A stretch of DNA of 64,000 nt from positions 1-64,000 of the forward strand of contig KZ538313.1 of NCBI GenBank assembly GCA_000934665.2, given 5' to 3'. A program made the translations under genes and the position numbers. This stretch comes from Catajapyx aquilonaris. Taxonomy: Eukaryota. Positions within the stretch are counted from its first letter, which is position 1, and each line of letters begins with the position of its first letter. This document shows positions 54,251 through 63,200 of the stretch, one piece after another. Under the pieces are notes generated by a model that was not told where the DNA came from, did not search any database, and worked only from the letters and a program-made list of their open reading frames with translations.

Positions 54251-57200
54251 TCACTTTTTCTTGCGTTTCTTGGCTTGCCTGCTTTGAGGTGACTCATCCG
54301 AAGTTTGCAGAATGCTTTCTTGGCAGCTCACAGGTGAGTCACTGACATTAATTATCTCATCTAGATCCTGGTCGCTAACGATGGCATTGTTGGCCTGGGC
54401 TTCCTCAGCTGCAGCTGCTGCCTCCTGCTCTAAACTCTGCAGCATTTGGAAGCCAGGCTCCAAGGTCTGTTGGGCATGTTCAGAAAATGCTTCATCCCCA
54501 TCTTCTGGAGCTGGAAAGTGAATTTCAGGTACATCTTCATCTTCATCTCCATTCTCCAAGTCTTGGCTGATGTCCAGACTAGCATCCGTCAAGGCTGGAA
54601 GAATTGGTGTCGGAAAAGGCTGCAGCTTTACAGTCTCGTACTCCTTCAACAGTTTGTGACACCCCTGCAAGGCGCGCTGGCGTCGGAGGAGGATGCGGCG
54701 GTGGTAGTAGTCATGGAGTGTCAAAACACTGCCGAGGCCCATCTCATGAAACACACGGTCCATGGCGTCCTGACAGTTCAAAAGCAATTCATGGAGTCAT
54801 ACCCTACATTTTGCAAGCCCATGTAAATAATTGTCCTTATTTTAAAATGAATTTTGGTGTTTTTTGTTTGAAGAAATACGTATTAGTTTCAAACTATGAT
54901 CGATCTAAAATAATAATAATAATAATATTATATTATGTTATATTATATACGTACGGTACTGTCCTGCCCTTTCACATTATCCACAATAAAACACAAGTAA
55001 TGCATAAGTCAGGAACGCACTCGGTCTGCTATGTTCTTTTGTTTGCTTTGCTGGCACCCTACCAACCGAATCGAATGACTGCCAATAACTGCGAAAAATT
55101 GTCAATTTCACCCCATACAATTGGTCTCATCATGTACTGTACATGGATGGACATATTAGCAGTTTTGGGTTTTTAGCACTTTCTGGTTTTCCTAATTTCA
55201 GATAAGAGATTGCCAATCTGTACTTGTACTTTCAGTGAATCGCAAATATATCAACTCACTGGAAATCCAGTGGGTCCAAACAATGCCTGGCCATCCACAG
55301 CATGCCTCAGGAGCTGGACCATCTTTATCATGAACTGTTCAGCTGCACCTACTACTGCGTCAATCGCAGATTCCGCAGCACCTGTCAAGGGAAAGAACTA
55401 TATAGGTATGGCATCCAGAATCACATTAGCCATCCAACAAGGCATGAGAAAATCACTACCCAAGCTAGCTTCTGTAACTTTTATCAGTAATATTTGCACA
55501 AATGCATTATAGGGTGAAGGAATACTCATGTACTTGCTATAATCGCTAGGAGCAGCCTGAGAGAACATGCAAATCTAATATAGGAATGAGCAAGTAGTTT
55601 TGGGTGCCCATGCGTACAGTGCCTTTAAAGTTTCTTGACGTCACATCCACCCTGCCAACTTCAAAGCAGCAAAAGTCAGCTTGAGGGCATCCAAATAATC
55701 CAGCCTTGAGAGAAAAACTCATCGTCCATGTACAGCACAGTACGTGAACAAATCCCTTTGGAGTAAGCATCCAGGTGGGACACCTCTGCTGTGCTGTTGT
55801 AGTTTAACTCATACACTAACATGATTGGTACTGCATTGTAATCCTACGAGACAATAATGTCAGGTGTGCCACTGCATTTGGTGATGAAAGCATGAAATTT
55901 AGTACGAATATCCCTCAGACCCTACTTTTCAAATCCAGATGTGGCGCCACGCCCGTTTTCGCCCAGGAGGAGGGTTGGATACCCTGAAGCGAGTGACAAG
56001 TCTTTTTCTGAACGAACTATGCTCCCCAGGAGGAAATGTGTCAAACAAATGTTGTAGAGAAACATGTATTCTACAAAAGAGTATAGAGTACCTTTTCCAC
56101 GTACAGGCCGTATTTTCGGAGCTACAGCGACTTGAACCCTGGCCTGCATGCGCGCGGCGGGGCTGGGTGCAACAGCAACGTTCGTAAATAAACCGACCCC
56201 AGGCCCGTTGTACAGTACTGTGCGTAGTGTAAGCTGCTTTAACTAACGTTTAATAAAAATAATTAAACTAACCATAGATTTTTAGTATCTCTTCAAGAAA
56301 ACCTCTGTAATATTTCTTCATTGTTGAGACATCCTGACATTTTTTTGGACTTTTATTATTTATTTATTTTTTGCCAATGCACAGACACGCTGCACCCGGA
56401 TAATTTGTGACTACAATGTAAATTACCTTTGAGCGTACCATCAGACTATCTGGCAATTACAGTAAAACCTCGATATAACGCTCTTCAAGGGGCAGCCCAA
56501 AAGTATCGTTATAAGCGGAATAGCGTTATATTCGGGAAAATTTACCATATGGAAATGATCAGGGGACCGGAAAAGCAGGAAAGCGTTATATGCAGGAGTG
56601 TTACCGTATTTACTCGCATATAAGACGCACTTTTTTTCCGATTTTTGTAGCTCAAAAAGTAGGGTGCATCTTATACGCGTGTGCATCTTATACGGCAGGG
56701 CACAAAGGGTGAAACCCGTGAGAAATCGTGAAAATCGTTTATTGAAAAATTTAAAAACATGGCACATTCGAATCAGTCATCGTCGCTCTCCTCGGCCTTC
56801 CACACACGTGCACAATTCCGGTGTGACCTTGCCAATTGTCCCATTTTCCACTAGTCCCCCCCCNCCCCCCCTTTTTTTTTACTACATGCATTGCACATGC
56901 ATTGCACACGAGGTTGCTGCCGGCAGCTCGAGGCCAGTTCCCAAACTACGGCAATAAATATGGGTGCGTCTTATATGAGTCAACAACCGATTTTCCATGA
57001 TTTTTCGCCTCAAAACCGGGGTGCGTCTTATACACGTGTGCGTCTTATATGCGAGTAAATACGGTATATCGACGTTTTACTGTACCGGTATACACGATTT
57101 TTCCTTCACCCTCTCTGTAATTCCAGTCAAAGAAATAGTAGGACTTGCAGCAATTATAATCGTAACAAGTTCAGGTAGATGACACATTTCACTTCCTAAT

Positions 57201-57938
57201 TGGCTTTGTGCATTGGTGACTTCAAATTTGAACATGTGGCATACTATCAAATCCAGTGATGGTGAGAATGGCAGCACAGCTCCTCTTAAATACCAATTTA
57301 CTGGCGTCACCAGTGAGCATGAAGGGCTCCTTGCGTTCCCCTGCAGCAAACTCACTGCAATAAAATGATATCAATATAGACCATTGCCATCACTCTTGGC
57401 ATGAGTCTGTTGTCACCTCAGGTTCCGATCCATAAAGTGTAAGGGATAGGTATACTCATTGCGAGGCTTCCAAACTGGACCTTCTGGCATGGGCGGAGGT
57501 GAGCTGCCTTCAGCCGGACTCCCATCACCCTGTCGGCATGAAGACACTAAAAAATCTGACCACAAGTACGCTAATGAAACATACTTTTGCTTGTACCTGC
57601 GGGTAGGAGTCAATCATGTTGGTAAGCGTCTCCGCATACTGCATCAACTCTATGGTGTGAACGACGATCGGATCCATCGCAATGGCCTCAGGCGGAATGC
57701 TGCGAATTCAAAAACTGAGATTTAGAGAAACCGTTTGTGATGACAACAACAACGGTGCGTACTCTAGCATCTGTGGGTGTTCCACAGTGGACGGCTGGTG
57801 CCTGTCCGAGCTCTCCAGCTCTATGGACCTGTTGGTGGTGACCATCTCCCACTCCGCGTCGGTCACGAAGAAAGGCTGGTCACTCATCTCGCCCCAGTGG
57901 GTCACGCAATGATCCATCGGCGGAGAAGAAGACATCAT
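54251..57938 (-). CDS. SUPT7L: STAGA complex 65 subunit gamma (SAGA histone-fold subunit, Spt7-like), 6 coding exons, 380 aa
   Basis: Minus-strand exons 57938-57763, 57699-57597, 57529-57417, 57354-57245, 55381-55260 and 54769-54251 are phase-consistent GT-AG (sum 1143 nt). Peptides HWGE, HQPS..MLDIPPE, VHTIELMQ, AILTITGFDSAAESAI, LLRHAVD..GPTGFPDAMDRVFHEMGLGSVLTLHDYY and a basic C-terminus KKRKKK parallel human SUPT7L (YWGE, MLDIPSE, IHTIQLIQ, FPDVMEQVFHEVGIGSVLSL). Probable 5'UTR intron at 57958-58037. Confidence 0.93.
56460..57082. mobile_element. Outer pogo/Tigger-like MITE, interrupted in its right TIR by a younger MITE
   Basis: TA-CAGTAAAACCTCGATATAAC at the left and TATCGACGTTTTACTG-TA at the right. 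Internal TATAACG/CGTTATA motifs. Confidence 0.75.
56604..57064. mobile_element. Inner Tc1/mariner-pogo-type MITE (461 bp) with perfect 27-bp TIRs
   Basis: CCGTATTTACTCGCATATAAGACGCAC (56604-56630) and its exact reverse complement (57038-57064). TA duplication at 56602-56603 and 57065-57066. Internal repeats of GTGC(A/G)TCTTATA. Confidence 0.9.
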
Positions 57939-58139
57939 TGGGCCACACAAGCACTCTCTGGAAAAAAAGGACACAAACGTGCCAAACGCGATCCAGACGT
58001 GGTGAGCCCGACCGCGTCTACTAGCTTTTAAGCATACCTGAGACGACTAGGGTGCCCTGCCAGACCGTGTCTCGAACGCGTCTAGTTTAACCGTACCCGA
58101 CACGCGACGAAGAGAGACGCGGTCAGTCACTCCCTGGGC

Positions 58140-58151
58140 GCCGCCATCTTG
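58140..58151 (-). promoter_or_regulatory. YY1/Pho-type motif CAAGATGGCGGC at the probable SUPT7L promoter
   Basis: Exact match to the canonical YY1 consensus, oriented towards SUPT7L, about 100 nt upstream of a candidate 5'UTR splice donor (58037) in CpG-rich sequence. Confidence 0.65.
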
Positions 58152-58155
58152 GTAC

Positions 58156-58401
58156 AGTGCTGCCAACCCGAGAAGTGTTGCCAACACGACCAATTGTGCC
58201 AACCGGACAAGTGCTGCCAACCCGAGAAGTGTTGCCAACACGACCAATTGTGCCAACCGGACAAGTGCTGCCAACCCGAGAAGTGTTGCCAACACGACCA
58301 ATTGTGCCAACACGACCAATTGTGCCAACCGGACAAGTGCTGCCAACCCGAGAAGTGTTGCCAACACGACCAATTGTGCCAACCGGACAAGTGCTGCCAA
58401 C
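58156..58401. repeat. Higher-order tandem repeat: 18-bp TGCCAAC-core monomers arranged in 54-bp units
   Basis: From 58161, with A=TGCCAACCCGAGAAGTGT, B=TGCCAACACGACCAATTG and C=TGCCAACCGGACAAGTGC, the order is ABC ABC ABBC ABC plus a final TGCCAAC (14 cores). Copies of each type are identical. Confidence 0.97.
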
Positions 58402-58998
58402 TGAAACTTTGAAGCGAGGTGGATGCAGCTTTAGGTTTTTAATATTGTCATTTTTTAAATAAAAAAAAGCTTTTAAACGCGATATGAAATGATACTTATT
58501 TGGTGTGTCTCTTTTGATCCTTTCTTTTTTTGGATTGTTTACGGTGAATGAGCCAGTAACTGCATATTTTGGCAGATTTCCATTGCCAAAAATGTGTGTG
58601 TCCTAGCACCACGAACAAGTAAATTTAAAAAAAAAAACTCTCCGGAGGGGGATTCCACAGACTTGTAGAATCTGGATTCTATTCAAAGGGCATATTCACA
58701 GCAGCATGGTCGTGCAAGATCGGGTTTCTCGGAAAGCAAAAAAGTTGCCAAGGTGACACTGTATACACTACTAGCCTACAACAAGGAGAAACCTAACATC
58801 AAGGTAAATTATTATAAAGAAAAGGACCAGCATTGGAATAACCAGCAGTGAGTAATTAGCCATTTCTTGTCATCACTAGAACTTGATTCTCCAGTGATTC
58901 TCAAAAACTATTTTAAACACATTAAATCGTAAAAATTGCATGTAATTAATGTAACTCAAAACTGAAGTAGCTTAGTTAAATTAGCTGACCTTCACTAA

Positions 58999-58999
<1 letters not shown>

Positions 59000-59088
<89 letters not shown>
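59000..59088. repeat. (ATT)n microsatellite, ~29 units
   Basis: Perfect trinucleotide run. Confidence 0.98.
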
Positions 59089-59279
59089 CGTCTACGTAAG
59101 CAAATTACATGAGTCGGCATGAAACATATTGTAGCCTATGGATGTTGGGTCACCTTGCTATCTGGGTGTGAGTACTCTGCTTTTAGACACTTGGCAAAAA
59201 TACCAGTGGAGTGCGAGTGGGAGAAAAGAGCGCTTATCTTCCAGTACAGAGAAAATTGAGCCTCCTTTTCATCGTCAAG

Positions 59280-59380
59280 AATAATATTCTTGCTGACATA
59301 GTGTATAATATACACTATGTCAGCAAGAATATTATTGCCCTTATTGCTAGTATTAGTATATTATACTAGCAATAAGGGCA
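59280..59380. repeat. Two abutting perfect inverted repeats (hairpins)
   Basis: 59280-59336 has 28-bp arms and a 1-nt loop. 59336-59380 has 18-bp arms and a 9-nt loop. Confidence 0.9.
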
Positions 59381-59478
59381 CAGACAAGAAACATGAGTCG
59401 ACAATTCAATGTGAAATAATGATCAGTCGGAAAAATGAAAAGTACAGCCTAGATAAAAACTGAAAAAAGAAAAAAATG

Positions 59479-59846
59479 CATCATCATCATCATCATCACG
59501 ACATTTCCCTGTGAGGGGTAGTCAGCGATGAAGGGAGACGCAAGCTAACCCAGCATAATTATATGAACTAATAATATTAGTGGAGATAATGGATACCCCG
59601 TGATAAATCCTCCTTGGGCTTCTTAGGGGATCATCTTTTAATTGACCAACTTTAATCATTGCCTGCGCTGTGATGGATTTTGATTGTGGGAGGAACCGGA
59701 GAACCCCGAGAAAACCCACGCGAACACGGACAGAACCCATCGAAACTCTATCCACATAAGCATACTCTGTCCGATCCGAGGATCGAACTCGGGACCTTAG
59801 AGGTGGAAGGCTGCGGCGCTATAACCACTCCGCCACCGTGTCGCCC
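59479..59846 (-). mobile_element. tRNA-derived SINE with V/Meta-type central domain and (TGA)n tail
   Basis: Minus strand begins GGGCGACACGGTGGCGGAGTGG (A box), then GAGTTCGATCC (B box), then GTGTTCGCGTGGGTTTTCTCGGGGTTCTCCGGTTCCTCCCACA (V/Meta-SINE-like core), and ends in (TGA)6-7. Confidence 0.8.
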
Positions 59847-60237
59847 AACAGATATCGCGAGGTTTTATGAAAACCTTTCTCATGTCCCATTCAGGAAGTG
59901 TACAGTATGTCCATTGAGTCAATGCCACTCAATTTTTCGACCCCGTCTTACGACGACCAGCTATACGCTATTTCTTAGTTGTCACTCCGCGAGCCCTCTC
60001 ATTCCATTTTTTCACTACCATGGTCTTCCTCATTGCAGGTTCTGCCAAATTTTGGCTACGGGTGCGCTAGTAGAGATATATATTGTGACAAACCTGAGAC
60101 GAAATGAAATAATCATAAATTCCAATCTTCATGTTTACAGTGAAATTATTTTCATTTTTCAATATCGATAACACCATCCCCCCGTACCTTCAGTGATGCA
60201 ACCTTTCTAAGTGACACTTTTCCTGCAGGTACACACC

Positions 60238-63200
60238 ATGGCTAATAATTCTTCCACACCAGAAGGAATGAACATGAGAGTCCAGCTGAAGGTTCAAATG
60301 TTGGACGTACCTGTGGAAGACCCGGACGGCAGCAAGGCAATGGCCAGAGCAGCTGAACTCGGCCGATGGGATCAGGTGTTTCGGATGGTCCAGAACGGAG
60401 CAAATGTCCGATCAGCATCATCTGAGGGCAGGTCGGCCATGCTCATCGCGGCTGGACGTGGCTACTGGGACACGGTCAAGTGGATGGTGATTGAAGGAGC
60501 GGACATTTGCTCAATGGACTACGAAGGTCGGAATGCCCTGGTCATCGCAGGACAGCAAGGGCAATGGAAAGTGGTCAAATGGCTCGTGGAAAAAGGATCT
60601 GACAACAGGTCTTTAGATGTCAGAAATGTCGGACAGACTGCGGTTGAGGTGGCGGCTGGACATGGTTATTGGGACATGGTTAAATGGCTGGTCAATTATG
60701 CTTTTGATGTGTGTAACACAAGGTATGGGGTCAGAACTGCGGTGGTCATTGCTGGTCAGTCCGGTCATTGGGATATGGTCAAATGGCTGGTAAACCGTGG
60801 AGCAGATTACGTCCACGCAGAGAAATACGGGGAAGGGACGGCGGTGGTCATCGCTGCCGAAAATGGACAGTGGGATAAAATCAAAATGATGGTCAAAAGT
60901 GGAGTGGACATCCGATCAGTACACACTGGGTTGAAGGTGGCTGCCAGTATTGCGATTGAAAACGGTCGAATGGACATGACTGAATGGCTGCTGGACAACA
61001 TGCCTCATTGCGACGCTAGCGATGACACCTGTAAATTTCAACTACACTATGCCGTAAATTACGATCATTTTGATATCATGAAATTGCTGGTACACAAAGG
61101 GGCTTACGAGAGGGGTGAAATGTTGGACGAATTCACTAAAAAAGGTCACTTAACCGCAGCCAAATGGATATCGAGCTACACTACTCCGACATTTTCATGC
61201 AATTCAAAATCTAAAGAACTAGTGGTAAAAGGATATTACGTTCGTCTCCAAGACGTAGACGTTGCTATCAAAAAATGCACTAACATTAAGATCCTTGAAG
61301 TCCATGCACTTAACACACTCTTTTTAGACCAAGATCTAGTGAAATCTAACTTGCAAGCTGTGATCATAGCACCGATCTGGAATGTCGTGGGAACCAGAAA
61401 GATTACCTTCAGCAGCAACTCCGGATCTCCTAGTTTACTAGCAATCGGAAATTTTGTTAACAGCCAGGATCTTACTATTTTAGTCAACAACCAGAAAGGT
61501 CTTCCTAACATGCAAATCGCAGGAAGTTCCCAGTTAATTCCACTGGATGTTATAAATTTAGGATGTAATTCAAAACCATATCGTGTCGTAAACAGTTACC
61601 AGGCGTATTTGAGAGAAAGATCAGTCGACAGGGAGTTAAAACAAGAGTTAATTGCACTATCAAGGCGATTAACTTTGAGTCCTAAGGTCGGTGCTCTTTA
61701 CGGAACGTATGGGTTGATTGATGCTCTGAGCGGAATGGAAAACCAGTTTCATGAATTGCACGACACGATTGATTTCGCTCCATTTTATCAGATACTATTG
61801 CAAGGGATCAGCAAGTACGCAGAACATCCGATCAGTACCGAAAAATCTCACGAGTACAGAAAAGCTCTTAGTTATTTGTACACGGCCACGTTGTCAAAAG
61901 CAAGCGAGCTGAACTATCGCTCTGACGGCAGCTTAATAATAGACATCAGCGAGTTCCTACGAGTAGCCATCGAGGACATTGTAAAATTGCAAGACATTTC
62001 AGACAAGTTTGCCATGAAGCAACAGATCGAAAGACGCAATGCTGGATACAAGACCGAAATAGACAACAAAATCAAGGAAGCCATGCAATTCACTGCCAAG
62101 ATAACGGCCGAAATAGACGCCATCAACGATCAAATAGAAAGAGAAATAACGAAATTGGTAGAAGAGGTTAGAGAGATGGTGAAAAGAGCCGAGAAGGAGA
62201 AGGAAGAACTGGAGAAGAAGCGTGAGGAACTGAAAAGAATGAGGGCTCTCGGGGTGTTGTTTGGTGTGTTGAAAGGACTCAGCGTCGTTTTAGGGTTTTT
62301 AGGTCCTATAGGCGCAGTAGCTGGAGGAATACTAGGAGTTGCTACGGGTATTGCCGAATCGTTCACCATGCGAAACAGACAATCCGGCGGGCCTGTAGAG
62401 GCAGTACCTGCTGGAGTCAAAAACTTGCTGGAAACTGCTGAAAACGGAGTTAATTACGTGATGAAGAGAAACCTACAGGCTTTCAACGAGCAGCTGAGCC
62501 AGCTGTCCAACGAGGCCAGCAAGTATCCGGACCAGTTAGGGGACACTTCAAGCGTGGTGACGGACATCCAGAGCAACCTGTCAAACGATGAAGCAGATGT
62601 CGACGAGCTGCAATCACAGCTGGACACAGAGTTGGCTAGAAAAAAGCAAGAGTTGGAATACAGGCAGACTGAGGCTGACAGAAAGACTCAAGGTGCTTTG
62701 AAGACTATTCAGTATGCGCATAAGGCTCTTCATGTGGCTCAAGTGTCGACTGATATTTACCTCAAGTATCAGCACGACTCTGACCAAATCGAGCAGGTGG
62801 AACAGGCCATAAAGCATGTTGATGCTAAAATAGCAGGGTTGAAAGTGTACGAACAGAAAATATACGACTTCATGGGTCCTACCCTGAAAAACATGCGCAG
62901 TGACCTCAAACAGTTGGAAGGTCACTTAGAAAACAAGACGCTCGTCGCTTTAGACTTCACCAAATGGCAGGTGCAAACAGCCATCGAGGATATGAGGATT
63001 GAGATGCACAAGTTCACTGAAGGTTTTGAGACTCAAAGCACGTTAACTAGGCAGATTCAAAAGTTAAACGAGGCCATGACTACACTAATCAACGTGTATG
63101 ATCGAATCCAAAATTATGGCGAGCAAAAAAGGCTGGCTGATTACATAGCTGAAATTGCGCTATCGGGTCACGTCACAGTTTACAACAATGAACTTGGAGA

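Noticed and set aside
55881..55990. C/D-box snoRNA (GTGATGA ... CTGA) in a SUPT7L intron
   Set aside because: It is on the strand opposite to the host transcript and has no terminal stem.
58156..58401. CRISPR-like array, or Cys/Gln-rich (metallothionein-like) and LAALVRLAQLVV repeat ORFs
   Set aside because: The spacer-like parts are identical repeats and only 11 nt long, there are no cas genes and the context is eukaryotic. The ORFs on both strands arise because the 18-bp unit lacks stops in several frames.
59770..59846. tRNA gene
   Set aside because: A and B boxes are present, but the sequence continues into a SINE core and simple-repeat tail, so it is a SINE head.
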